The notes under the pieces are model-generated. The model had not been told where the DNA came from and did not search any database. It worked only from the letters and a program-made list of their open reading frames with translations. The translations under genes were made by a program, and so were the position numbers. Positions 1 to 12,604 of a DNA stretch of 64,000 bases are shown in pieces (positions within the stretch are counted from its first letter, which is position 1; every line of letters begins with the position of its first letter). Origin of the DNA: Pseudogymnoascus verrucosus (Eukaryota); the NCBI GenBank assembly GCA_001662655.1, contig KV460238.1. One strand, written 5' to 3'.

Positions 1-552
1 ATTTACTATTTAATTCAATAGAAGCACAATCCTACCGCTATGTACACGATTGTCTGTGGTCTTTTATCATTGTCCCTTTTTAAGGCTTCAGCCTCGCGTT
101 GCCTTGTAATACACGCCAGCCTCGCCTGCACGGCTGCGACAAGCAGTATTTCCAACCTTTTCATTGGCTCAAACCAAAAATTCCCAGACGACGCTAAATC
201 CACCTGGTGAAGCGCACCAGGGCCATGGTCATCAGGACTGAATCTTAGCAGCAGACGGTTCAAACGCTGGTAATGGGAATATTTTAACACAACAAAGGCC
301 AGGAGTGACAATAGCTCGCCACGGATCGGATCTTCTATTTGTTCCATTAAACATATATTTACCTCAACTTAGTTACCGTCGCCAGGTTTTCTGCATCGAC
401 AATCACTGCACCGACCGTGAAGCTCTGTCAACACGATCCTGCTTCAAAACCAATTCTCACACTTTAACAACACCACCACACTCTCACAGGCATTCTTAAA
501 TACCTGCTGACTCGTTATACGTCAAGCAATTGGACACACAAAATATCGCGAG

Positions 553-2273
553 ATGGCAACCAGTCAATCTCCGATTCTATCACCGGTCATGGACAGAGAC
601 GACAATGCCCCTCCTGTCCAGCCGCTCTCGAAGAGAGACAAGCGCCGCACTGCGTTGATTGATCGACTCAACGACATCACGATGCAGTTCTCAGCGAACA
701 AGGACCAATATTATCGCGAGCAACTGGGTGTTGTTCAGCAGGATATTGCCCTGATTCTCCATGCCATCCCATACGTGGAAGATCCGACCAAAGAATCAAC
801 TGTCGAGCTACTGGCAGTCATCCAAAAACTTACCAGAGGTGACCCACGAGCCCTCCAGTCTGTCAAGGAAGGAGATCTTCAAGGCGTTGGAGGGAGAATA
901 TACCATGAGTTCCGGGATGAGATTCAAGACGCCATGGAGCGTCGAGATGCCGCCTTATCAGCGTATGCAGTAAGTAGAAGAACCCCCCAGTTAAAACTCA
1001 ACCATCACTAACACATCTCTCTTAGTTTGAGCACAAAAGCAACCTCAGTGAACTCAATACCAGCTCGGCATTTTTGACGAAGCTCGCTGGACGAGAGCAT
1101 TCCGCTCTCGCCAGTACCATTCGCGACCGACTCATAAATTCGATTACAGAAAGAAAGCGAAAGCTTAACAGAGACATGACAAGCAATGAGGGGATCGACA
1201 ATTCAAATGCATACCACTACCACCCAGCGCAATACAGTGTTCTCAACCCTTCGAGCCCCGGAGGCGTTCTCGGGAAGCGTTCCTCGAGACACCGCCGAGA
1301 CCTAGACGACCTGCCGGCGATGCTCGATCCCACCAAGCGCAAACGCCGAGCTGTCGACGATGGCAGGGCGTCTCCAGTCCCGAGCCGCCGTGCACCAATC
1401 GACCTGCACCAGATTGGCTCGAACACACCTCTCAATAGATTCACAGAGAAGGCCCAAGATCCCGAATACCCGCTATACAGCGTCGACAAGCTCTTCACCG
1501 AGAAGGAGTTGTCTCTGCTTGAGCGCCAGGCTGCCGAGGCTGCACACAAATACATGGTCCGCCATAAATTCAACGAAGCAGCGACACGCTCTCAATCCGA
1601 CAGTGACGGTTCTCGCAATGGCGACGCAGACCAGCGCAACAATGACTCCACACCCGACTCGCCTCTCGTTGCCCCGGCCATGGACCGCACAACCCGCTCA
1701 ACTCGCGGCATTGGCGGCGCCACCAGCGGCTTCATTGGCTCAACCGGCATTGAAGTCATCGCTGACCTCACTCTCCCATCCACATTCACCGGGCAGCTGA
1801 ACCAGATGCCTCGCCTCCCCCCACCGTTGTACCCCAGCATGACCAAATTCTTCGGCTCCACCAAGGGCGATAACATGCGACCCAACCTCACCGAGGGCGT
1901 AGCCGGCGACGAGCTCAACCAGGACATGAACCGCATCGAGTGGGGCAAGCGCGTGAACTCGCAACTCAAGCCCGGAGCAAGTCTGGACCAGGACGTCGAG
2001 ACCGACAAGGGCACCATCCCCGGCGACCGCCGTTTCCTCGCCGCTGCGATCGCCGAGCCGGGCGTGTATCCCGTGTGGCTCAGCGGCAAGAAGAGGGAAG
2101 AGCGCATCGAGAGCGAGTTCGGTGTCGGGAAGCGCGCTGCTGCGCGCCTGGGGCTGGATGCCGAGGAGGTGGGCAGCACGGCGATGAGCAAGCAGAGTAG
2201 TCGTGGTGGAAGCGAGGCTGGCGGCGTGGAGATGAGCAGGGAGGGCTCGAGGCGGAAGGCGAAGAACAATTAG
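553..2273 (+). CDS. Sds3-like family protein (probable Rpd3L/Sin3 histone deacetylase complex subunit); exons 553-969, 1026-2273
   Basis: Two ORFs join in frame across intron 970-1025 (GTAAGT...CTAAC...TAG). The N-terminal SKRDKRR...L..RL..I...F..NKDQYYREQL coiled-coil pattern is typical of fungal Sds3 proteins. Confidence 0.7.
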
Positions 2274-2849
2274 TGTTGTTTCTGGGCTTTGCACTTTTCT
2301 TCATTACGAATTACGATCAATGGATAGTGGCGTCTTGAGTCCTCCCGGCGCGGGCTGGTGGGGTTTGAAAATGGGATATGGAGTTTTGCTTTCTTACTGG
2401 GTATTATTGCTTGCTGGATTTTTATCATCCGGGTTTACCCATTTGGTTTTTTGTGCACATAATTGGGATGCTTCGGCATCATATTTAGATTTGGCATTGC
2501 GTGGATTTTCGATGCAGTATACATACACCTGTAGCTTGAAGACAAGACAGACCAGTACAAGCGTTCATTAGATTTCCAATCCAATAATTCGATTTCAATA
2601 TTTGCCCATTGCACACTGAGAACTTGAACCGCATCACTTCGAAACAATTCACAAAATTTAACAAAGCAGACGGAATGAAGAGGAATCTCTGAATTTTATT
2701 TTTGAGGAAATCTCATTAAGAGTTCATGCCCAAATACACCCCCTAAATACGCCATTGAGTACAGCCATATCCATGTACGACCGCCGTGCACATATGATAC
2801 AAAACGCCAAGCAATTACAAAAAAAGAAAAGCATACTCTCTCGCCCTCT

Positions 2850-4805
2850 CTATGCCTTGCTCTTCTTGCTCTTCTTCTTCTCCTTCTTCTCCGACTTGTC
2901 AGCCTTCACCTCCTCGGCATCCTCGCTGGCATCGCGCTTCCGCTTCTTCTCCTTCGATCCGTCAGCGGCGGCAGCCTTCTCCTCGGCCTTCCGTTGCTTC
3001 TTGAGGTCCTTCTTGCTGACCACGAGAGGAGTGCCGTCGGCGTTTAACTTGATCTCGCCACGCTCAGCCTTGCGCTTGTACTTGGCGACGCTGATTCCGG
3101 CGGCCTCAGCAAGAGCGCCGTACTTCTCCTCGTCGGTCTCGCCCTTCTTGGGGGTCTTCTCCTTCTTGGACTTCTTCTCCTCCTTCTTGGACTTCTTGGG
3201 GGTGCCGTTGGTGGCGGACTTGGCGTCCTCCATCTCAACATCCTCGTCAGACTCCTCGGACTCAGACTCGGACTCGACCTCCTGGATCAGCTTTTTGTCC
3301 TTCTTTGATGCCTTCTCCTTCTTCTCCTCAACAGCGGCTGGCGCATCGGAAGCGATTCCGTCGGCATCAGCGTTGTACTTCTTGGCCTCCTTCAGCTCCC
3401 ATTTGCCTGGCTTGTCCAGAGCCTTGCCGTCAGGGCCGACAGCAACGCCTCTTGGAAGAAGCGGCTTGCCCTCAAGGCCACGAAGGTGGCGCTCGATCTT
3501 TGCGCGGGACAGGACACCAAGAGCAGAGCGCTCCTCCTCATCGACATCATCACCCTTGCCCTCACCCTGTGCGCTCCAGTCTGAAAGAGCATCGACACGG
3601 AGACCAATGGCAGCCTTGGCGGCAAGCATACGGGCGATCTTTCCCTTGTTCTTACCAGTGGCCTGTCCGACGAGGGAGGCGTGGTAGATGAGACCGTACT
3701 TGGGTGTGTCGTGCTTGGTCTTGAGAGCACGGAACAGAGCCTTCTCGGCACCAAGAATTTGGATGGTAGAGGCAGGCGACTTGGCAAGGTTCATTAAAGA
3801 TCCAGCGTGTGCGATAAGTCTGGCACCGACGAGCTCACCGACAAGCTCGGTAAGGTTGGGGGCAATGGCTTGCATACGGGCGCTGAGATAGCTGGACAGT
3901 TGCTGCCTGTACTCTGTGAAGCCAACAACTTGCTCGGCGAGGAGCTGGATGTTATCCAAATCCTCGGGTGTGATCTCGGTACCCATGGAAACCTCAGCGG
4001 CGGCCTTAACAGCGGCCTCAATCTCCTCTGGGAGGATATCCGAGAGGTCGGTGGTAGCGGCGTTTGTGCGCATACCCATCTTCAAGATGATTCTGGCGAT
4101 GGCGAGGTTGTCGTTGATAATACGAGCCATCTCAGGGAAATGCCACCCGTACCATTCCTTGACACGCATAGCGTAGGTGTTGAGCTCCTTGTCCAAGTCG
4201 TCCAAAAGCGCAATGGCCTGAACAATCATGGTGTCGACCTTGTCGGGAGAGAACTTGAGCTTGTGACGGGACAGAGAGTGAGACAGACCAAGGGACATGG
4301 TCGAGATGTTCTCTGGGAGGAGGCCCGGAATGAGGGCTGGGAGGTTCTCACGAATCGCACGGAAAAGCTCGTTGGAAGCGGAGTCGGAGATTGGGGTGAG
4401 CGTCACCGATGGCAACTTGTTAATTGCCTGCCCGAGTTTTGGGTCGGCAACGGCCAGAGAGGCCTTCTTCTCATCCTTGATTGAGTCGAGGAGCTTGGCC
4501 AGCATGGGAGTGACCTTGCCATCTACCAGCGACGCAACTTCCTCGAGGGCCATAGCGGCACTATCGAACTTCTGGAAAGTCTTGAGTTTGAGCCTGGAAG
4601 AAATAGAACGTTAGTTGAGAACGCGCAACACCAATGGCTCGAACATCATTGCCATTGTACACTTGCTGGTGAAAACTTACATGCTGCACACACCCTCAGC
4701 CGTGCCGGCCTCTGTTGCGAGGTTCTCATTTTTCAGAAGTTTCTTGTCTTTCGCCTTGAAGAGCGCATATCCTGCGCTCGTCTCCGTAAGTATAAACAGC
4801 GTCAT
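2850..4805 (-). CDS. NOP58: Nucleolar protein 58, box C/D snoRNP core protein; exons 4805-4681, 4593-2850
   Basis: Starts [25 protein letters not shown]/Nop domain motifs [34 protein letters not shown] and [20 protein letters not shown], plus a KKE-rich tail. Intron 4594-4680. Confidence 0.96.
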
Positions 4806-5067
4806 TTTGAAGGGTGGCGGTTGCTGTTGCCGGAAGCGTGGAGAAGTCGTCGTTGGAGAGAGCTGTTTTGCTGAACGCTCTTGCTCCAGAAGTTTTTAAC
4901 TTTTCAAAATGTTAGAGGCAGATGGGACTAGCGCGGATTGGCGAAAGTTTGTACTCCACAAGTTTGTTCGGTCACGTGATGCAATGGTAGCTCCAAGGTG
5001 GAGCCTTGGGAGCTTCACAGGACGTTGAACATCCAGCCAACTCTCAAATAACCACCAAGCCTTCAAG

Positions 5068-6319
5068 ATGGAGGGCCTTTTCTTCAATGTTAACAATGGG
5101 TAAGTGGTCTGATGAGTTTTCTGGGATTGTTTCTGACGTATCCCACAGCTACATCGAGGGAATTGTCCGTGGCTACCGCAACAGCCTCTTGACGAGCCAG
5201 AACTACAACAACATGACACAGTGCGAGACTATTGATGGTGGGTCATTCTATATAATACTCATGACAGAAAGGATATTAATGTTTTAGATCTCAAACTTCA
5301 ACTGGGCCCTGCATATGGGGATTTCCTTTCGTCTTTACCTCCGAACCCCTCCACTTCTTCTCTCGCAGCAAAGACGACAGACAAACTGATATCGGAGTTC
5401 CGCTATCTGCGAGCAAATGCTGTGGGGTCGCTAGCAAAGTTTATGGACTACCTGACGTATGGCTATATGATCGACAACGTTGCGCTCCTCATTACAGGGA
5501 CACTACACGAAAGAGACACCAGGGAACTACTGGAGAGATGCCACCCGCTTGGCTGGTTCGAGACCATGCCAGTTCTCTGCGTCGCCACGAATATGGAGGA
5601 GTTATACAACAGCGTGTTAATTGAGACCCCGCTCGCACCATATTTCAAAGGCAGCCTGAGCCACCAGGATCTTGACGAGCTGAATATTGAAATTGTTCGA
5701 AACACCCTTTACAAGAACTATTTGGAGGACTTCTACAACTTCGTCACCACGGATTCCGATATTGCCGGCACCCCTACGAGCGAAGTCATGTCAGAAATGC
5801 TGGAGTTTGAGGCCGACCGCAGGTCGATTAATATTACGCTGAACTCGTTCGGCACCGAGCTATCAAAGCAGGACCGCAAGAAGCTGTACCCAACCTTTGG
5901 AAAATTATTTCCCGAGGGAATTCTGATGTTGTCGAGAGCAGATGACATTGAAGGTGTACGCCTGGCCGTGGAGGGTAACTCAGATTATAAGTCATACTTT
6001 GACCAAACAGGACTGGGACAGGGTGGTGGTGTTGGCGCTGGAAACATGAGCGGCGGTGCAGGGAGCGACACCAAGAGCTTGGAAGATCTCTTCTATCAAA
6101 AAGAGATGGAAATTTCCAAGAATGCCTTCACAAGGCAATTCACATATTCGATTGTATACGCATGGATCAAGCTGCGGGAGCAAGTAAGTCAACCCCGTCT
6201 TATCACGGGCTGTTCAAGGTCTAACATAGGATTAGGAGATCCGCAATATCACTTGGATTGCAGAGTGTATAGCACAGAACCAGAAGGAAAGGATTGGGAA
6301 CTATATCAGCGTATTCTAG
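5068..6319 (+). CDS. VMA6: V-ATPase V0 subunit d; exons 5068-5099, 5149-5237, 5288-6183, 6236-6319
   Basis: MEGLFFNVNNGYIEGIVRGYRN start, YMIDNVALLITGTLHERD, and C-terminal EQEIRNITWIAECIAQNQK. Three GT-AG introns keep the frame. Confidence 0.96.
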
Positions 6320-6454
6320 TCATATAGTCAGGCTTTCGACACGTCGTCCTGCTTTTATTTTGCACGGGTTAGAAAACAGTGAGATGGGCGCAATAGGCGA
6401 ATGGGACACTGGTAGTTTTACATAATTCACAATCGAGTCTACCTACTCGATCCT

Positions 6455-6463
6455 TATTGTACA
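6455..6463 (-). promoter_or_regulatory. Candidate Puf4-type element (UGUACAAUA) in the 3' UTR of the mitochondrial uS15m mRNA
   Basis: Minus strand reads TGTACAATA about 28 nt after the stop codon and fits UGUAHAHUA. It is a short motif and could be chance. Confidence 0.35.
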
Positions 6464-6491
6464 TTGCGCCTCAACGACATATGCTGCTATT

Positions 6492-7448
6492 TTACAAACT
6501 GATCTCGTTCTTCCATGTTCCCTCAGTCAGACCCAACGTCGAGATTAGGTTCTGCCAACGATCGCCTCCACGCTCCTTTCTCCTGAGGTACTGTAACAAC
6601 TTCTGCCTCCTATGCACCAGTAGTCTCAGGTTCCTCTTGTTGACCTTATCCTTTTGGCGCCCCTTCAACAACATGTGGTCTGCAAGGACCTGGATCTTGG
6701 CCGTCAAGATGGCTATTTGAACTTCGGAGCTACCAGTATCTGGGCCAGCACGGGGTGTTTTCTCTATCTTCGACTGTGCCTCAAGAACTCCAGCCGCACG
6801 AGGTCTCAGGACACCATCGGTGTTGTGGCGGCCAAAGGTATCAATGCAACGTCGGATGTTGGCTCTCGTCCTGTCCTTCTGGTTTCCATTCTCCAGAGCC
6901 AGAATGCGCTGGACTGCAGTGGTGGCTCGCTCGTGATCTTCGGCATGTTTGCGGATCTGCTGGGCTTCCAGTTCTGGGTCGATAATGTCTCGGTTTTCGG
7001 AGATAACGGGTTGCGTCAGGATGAATGAGTGCTGCAGTGCTGTCTCAACTTCGGAGGGTTTGATGAAGTGGTTTAGGTGGCGTGTAGTGTCCTTGTCCAG
7101 CCCTTGAATCGGGGTAACGGTCTTGAAGGACTCGACAAAGGGCGTTGAGATGCCACGAACTGGGTCCCCGAGGGCGGCGTCACGCTCCGCATTCAACTCA
7201 TCCCGCCTCTTGACATTGGCTGCCTTCCTTTGGCGTGCTTGAGCCAAAGCATATGGGTCACGGTGTCGTCGCGTTGTCGTGGACGCATTGGCGACAGATA
7301 TCTTTGATACTGGGCTGGCGACTGTAGGCTTTACAGCAGGTCGTGCGCATACTGAGGAATATTAGTAACTTGTGGCATTATAACATTGCGTGTACCACAT
7401 ACATGACAGAGCGCCAAAGCGCGCCAGCAACGGTATTTGAGGCGGCAT
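6492..7448 (-). CDS. MRPS28: Mitochondrial ribosomal protein uS15m (37S protein S28); exons 7448-7403, 7351-6492
   Basis: S15 signature DTGSSEVQIAILTAKI...DKVNKRNLRLLVHRRQKLLQYL. Presequence-like N terminus MPPQIPLLARFGALSLCARP. Intron 7352-7402. Confidence 0.9.
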
Positions 7449-7732
7449 GGCTGGTTGCTTTACTTCCTCCTGACCTGAATCCCGGCCTCATCTACACAGC
7501 TATTTTCTCGGGCGTCGCCAATGGTTAATATGGACTAGTCTGCGTTTGGATTAGTGGTTTTTACAAAACGCTAAACTATTTTGGGCATTGTCGCGAAACC
7601 CTACGAGGGCCGACGCACACTGAATATCGCCAAATAATTATCGTGAACTTTTCCTCCTTCACGTCTTTTTCCTCCTCATCTTCCGTCAACCACAACACCA
7701 CGGTCTTACCAGGTACCAGATCAACCGTCAAA

Positions 7733-8722
7733 ATGGCTCCTTCTCAACTCCCCCCGATCTTCAATGCCACCTCCCAGGACATTGAGATGCTCCTCGCAGC
7801 TCAGTGCCACTTGGGCTCCAAGAACATGCAGGTTCACATGGAGAACTACCTCTGGAAGACTCGCCCGGATGGAATCAATGTCATCAACATTGGCAAGACC
7901 TGGTAAGAGACGCTCTAATATGCTATACGCAGCTTCTACTATTTGCGCTGGAATTTCGTATTAATTTTTACGCTTAGGGAGAAGATTGTCCTCGCTGCCC
8001 GTATCATCGCAGCCATTGACAACCCCGCCGACATCTGCGTTATCTCCGCTCGCCCATACGGACAGCGCGCTGTCCTGAAGTTCGCCCACCACACCGGTGC
8101 CGTCGCCATCGCCGGTCGCTTCACCCCCGGTAACTTCACCAACTACATCACCCGCTCTTTCAAGGAGCCCCGTCTCATCATCGTTACCGACCCCCGTACC
8201 GATGCCCAGGCCATCAAGGAGGCTTCCTACGTCAACATCCCAGTCATTGCCCTTTGCGACACTGACTCCCCAACTGAGTTCGTCGACGTTGCCATCCCAA
8301 CCAACAACAAGTCCCGCCACTCCATCGGTCTCGTCTGGTGGATGCTTGCCCGTGAGGTCCTCCGCCTGAGAGGTACCATCGCCAACCGTGAGGCCGACTG
8401 GGACGTCATGGTCGATCTTTACTTCTACCGCGACCCTGAGGCCGAGGAGAACAAGGAGATCGCCGAGGAGGCCAAGGTCCCCGGTGCTGAGGAGGTCGGA
8501 GCCGCTGCCATCGATACCGGCTTCGCTTCCGCTGGTGCCGCTGACTGGGAGGTCTCCGGCCCAGCTGCCGGTGCTTTCGCTGCCACTGCCGCCGCGACTG
8601 GTGCCGCTGCTGCTGCTGGTGCTGGATGGGATGGAGAGGCTGGTGCTGAGTGGGCTGCTCAGCCAGCTGGCACCACCGACTGGGCCGCTGCTGACCCAAA
8701 GGCCGCCACTGAGGACTGGTAG
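7733..8722 (+). CDS. RPS0: 40S ribosomal protein S0 (uS2); exons 7733-7902, 7978-8722
   Basis: [39 protein letters not shown] and [10 protein letters not shown] motifs. Strong codon bias. Confidence 0.98.
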
Positions 8723-9928
8723 ATGCCTGTCTTCTAGGTCTTATTACAGGTCAAACTGTAGAAAAAGAAACGATTTGCTACCCCATCATGTCGTTGCCTG
8801 ATTGAGGATTCGCGTGCCTGACACTTATGAGGGAAAGATACTGGGCCGCTGTTGCAGTCGTTCGGCGGTTGAGGGAAAGCCCTGTGCTGGCATGTGTTTT
8901 GATTCCTTTGTCTTGGGACGCGTACTATATGGAATGCGAAGCTTGTCGGAGGAATTACGCAATAATGCATTACTGGAAGCTGTCCTCGGCCGCATCTATT
9001 TTGTGTGTCATTTGGTGCCATTGTGTGATGTGTATGTGACTAGTGTTTCTGCCTTGGTGCTATGTTCCGTAAGCTGTCTCTATTCCCCCTGGCATATCTA
9101 TTGTACCTTCCTACGATAACATGAATGCTTCTCCAAAAGAGCTTCCCCTTTCGTTCTACCACACCACACCTCGCCTTTCAGTTTCTTCCACGTGAGCCCA
9201 GCCTCCTCATCCATTCTGCTTACTCTACTTTCTACAGAGTTATGCACGTGCATTTATACAGCTTGTCAGTATGACCAGCCTAAGCCCAAACATGGAGTGT
9301 CACGCACCATATCCGGAAGTCTCGTGAGCAACAATGCCATAACAAGTACGTGGATATCATTAAAGTCATATAAACAGCCTAACCCTACCAAAACAAGTAA
9401 GAAAGAACCTCCAAGACGCCCAATCGATCAATACACAGGCCCGAATAGGCAAAGCACCCACCCAAGCGCTCAAATCCCTTCCTGAAAGGGCAGAAGACCC
9501 CCCCGAAACAGCGCTAAACCACCCTATCTGGGCGACTGGGACGCCCTTCTCGCTCAAAACCCAGCAAAAATAGCCTATCCAAAACCCGATTTTCGCCCCG
9601 GTTTTACCCCTCTGCACCCCAAGCCAGCCCAGGCGCCCTAGCCAGAGCGACCCCCCCTGGCTAACCCCTCGCAGCTGCCCCCCGGTAGCAGAATCTGCAG
9701 CCCTAGCGCTAACTCTCAAATCAGAAGCTCGTAATGGTCGTGATAAAGCAGCAGCGAGTGTGCCGGACAAGGTTGTGCGCGGCTATTGGGCGGGGAGAGG
9801 GGGTGTTCCGCTCCGCTCCGCCAGCCACAACGCAGATGGCGACGACGAGGGTTTTTGCAACGCCGACGTAAACAAAAAAGAATAATTATGAGGGAAGTGA
9901 AAGAAAGAGGTTTCCGTGGTGACTAAAC

Positions 9929-10876
9929 CTAGTATTCTGGTGATGGGTAGCGCGCGCGGGCCTGTTTGTACTCTTGTGGGTGCTTTCGCGAGGTTTTGCT
10001 TGTGAGAGCACTGGAAACCGCATTAGCTAGGTTCTCAATTTCCTTGCTTTGGGAGTTCGAAAACGGCGAGATTCTGTCCTTTCTATCCGTGCAATTTAAA
10101 TCGCAGCCGGTAGAATTTTGCAGATATCATCTCATTGTGAACCGTCCAAACCCGGTGAAACCAGCATTCCAGGACAATAGAGTTCTGGATTGCAGTTCAA
10201 ATTAGGGGTAAAACTTACGAAACGTGCTTCTGGCTCCACTCCAAATCCCTCTTCACCTCCTTGACATCCTGGAATCCAGTCTGCATTCTGGCGCGGGATT
10301 TCGCAAGACGAGCCTGTGCTTTTGCGCGCAGCTCCTCAATCTCGCGCTGCTTGTTGTTGAGTTTGCCGGATCTGTAATTTAGTCAGTTATGCACTCGTTG
10401 ATTTCGGCGAGAAAAATTATCAATCAGCTATCACTTTTCCCGCGCGCCACAGATTCCAAAATGTTGAATTCTGACTGGAAGTGAAAAGGGGGCGGTTTCG
10501 CTAATGGCGGGGTAATGAGGGGTAATGCGCCGAGACGCCCCAAAAGAAATAGAACTCACGCCTGTGCTTGGGTCGCCAAACTGCGATCCAGCGGAAGTGG
10601 GTCAAAGTTCATGTTGGAGAATCGCTCGCTGACGTATTCCTGGAGATCGATACCGTTCGCTGAGTTCCTCGTCTCGTACTCGCTGCTGGCGTAGGAAGGA
10701 GTAGTGCTGTATCCAGAAACCGAGTATGATGGCCCGGTGGCGGAGCCAGAAGTGACCGAATCAGCGGTCTCTGGTGGTGAGACAGCGTAACTGCGGCTAA
10801 TAGGCGCAGGGTGATAATATTGCGACTTGGAGGTCATGGCGATGGGGGAGGTGACGGCATAAGTGTAAGTGGCCAT
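9929..10876 (-). CDS. KXD1: KxDL-domain protein (BLOC-1/BORC subunit KXD1-like); exons 10876-10560, 10371-10219, 10010-9929
   Basis: Spliced product reads FDPLPLDRSLATQAQASGKLNNKQREIEEL...VKRDLEWSQKHVSAL...KHPQEY...RYP, with a KxDL motif. Both introns are GT-AG. Confidence 0.8.
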
Positions 10877-12604
10877 TTTGATGGTTTGATAGAAACAATA
10901 AATTGAAACTGTGCGGTTTGAGAAACGGTGGCAAGAGGGATGATAGCGTTTGGAATATGGATGTTAGATGAACTGAGGTTTGGTATAACCTTGGTGTATA
11001 AACAAGAGTATGTGATAGCGGTCGGGTGGTGGATGTTTCTGTTTGCTGGTGAGACGACGAGGTGTGTGAGTGAGGTGCTTGAAAGAGTATGTGCTCTGGG
11101 TAGTTACTGTGCAAACGGAGGTATGTGAATGATAGGAAAGGAAGAAGGAGGAAAGTCCTCCATCGAGGATTCTGACCTCCCTTTTATACTTTTTCCTCAT
11201 CCCTCCTCGCTTCGGGGACAGGCTCGATGGAGGAAGGGGTGAATAGGTTTGACCCTATTCCTTCCCTTTGTGTCCTCGTGTCATGCTCTTGACCCCGCTC
11301 GAGGGACTCCAGAGATAGGCTGAACACCCCCCTTCACCCCATCCTCCTCCTCAGTTCCGGAAGCTCCGCCCTCCTTAGCCGCCGTTCCCGTCCTCCCACG
11401 GTCCTATTTCCTGTAAGTGTGGTGGTCCGGCCATGGACCCTGGAGGACCCTGGTTGACGCCATCTACGGGGATTGGTCTCAGAGGCAGTTTCTATTGATC
11501 ACAGATAGCCGTCATTCGAGTTTTGCTCCGTCGGCACACCTGGTATTGGTGGATAAGGGGAGGGGATGGGGGGGGACGGTAGACGGGCATTGTCCAGTTA
11601 GATGCTGGTCTCAGGGAATGAAAGTTGTGAGGCGACTTGATTAAGGCGATGATACACTTCAAGCGCGGTGACGCTAGTCGGACTGGATAAAGCAGCACTG
11701 GAAAGTGGGAGAATGGGAGAAATGTGGGAAGATCCTATGAAGGTTGTTGTCTCAGCGTTGATATTAACATGCCCGATATTGGGGACATTTGTGGGAAATG
11801 TATGGGAAATCCCAAGGGCCCGGGAAAACAGAATAATCAATGATGTCAGGCAGAAGTGCATCGTCGGGCTGTGCGTGGGCGTGGGCGAATTGTGTGTCCA
11901 AAATATTTAATTTTTTATTGAAAATAAAAACATAAATTCGTCCCTGACATCACTTTGTAATGTCCGATCGGAACCCATCAAACAGACAGCTTGGAAATGC
12001 CATTTTCTGCTGTGATAGGCTAAGTGACACAACTGCGGTATCATAAAAAACCTTTGTGGCTTTGTGTTATGGGAACACAAGAGTCCTGCCATGGATGGTT
12101 ACAGTGCAGTCAGTACATTTCACGGGCAAGTATCATGCTCCCCGCGGCACGTTTTTCCCCTAGACCCTCAACTAATAGCTAATACATTGGAACGGAATGC
12201 CACAAGGCTGCATTCGTTGGCCAAGGACGGAGTAAGCCCGCATATTTTCAGCGATCAAATGGCCGTAGGAAGACGCGGCCGAATATGCAGGGCTTCGGCT
12301 TGAGGTGGCCTATACATGCCAGGAACCAATGAAGCTGGACGAGGCGACTGGCACCTGTGGCACGAAAACATGGGCTGGACACAAATTCCAAAATATCTCG
12401 TCACAACCACTGAAGGAATTCGTGCATCGGAAGGGATACTGACGAAACCATGTCTGGAGGCACAAGAGGCACAAGAAAGTCTCAAAACGTGGAGTGCTGT
12501 CTAGTGGCAATTAGGTTATTCGTCTACTATAATACATGTGATGTGCTATTCGTGTGCTATTCGTTCTGTCCAATGCTGAGCTTATCCTAGATCTTCCTGT
12601 CCTT

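Noticed and set aside
2755..4484. Long antisense ORFs over NOP58 (also over SPB4, RPN6, the SDR and other genes)
   Set aside because: These are shadow ORFs produced by strong codon bias and high GC3 on the coding strand.
6221..6235. Tandem 3' acceptors in VMA6 intron 3, where the proximal AG would give an in-frame stop (a similar tandem AG occurs in RPN6 intron 1)
   Set aside because: The proximal AG is only a few nt from the CTAAC branch point and is probably too close to be used. This arrangement is common in fungal introns.
8780..9125. Possible H/ACA snoRNA downstream of RPS0 (ACA near 9119)
   Set aside because: I could not identify two convincing hairpins with an ANANNA hinge. An Rfam/snoReport scan would be needed.
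9370..9730. CTAACCCT and many ACCC/GCCCTAG motifs suggesting a telomerase RNA template or telomeric repeats
   Set aside because: There is no full CTAACCCTAA template and no tandem TTAGGG array. It is better explained as the G-rich 3' region of KXD1 on the minus strand.
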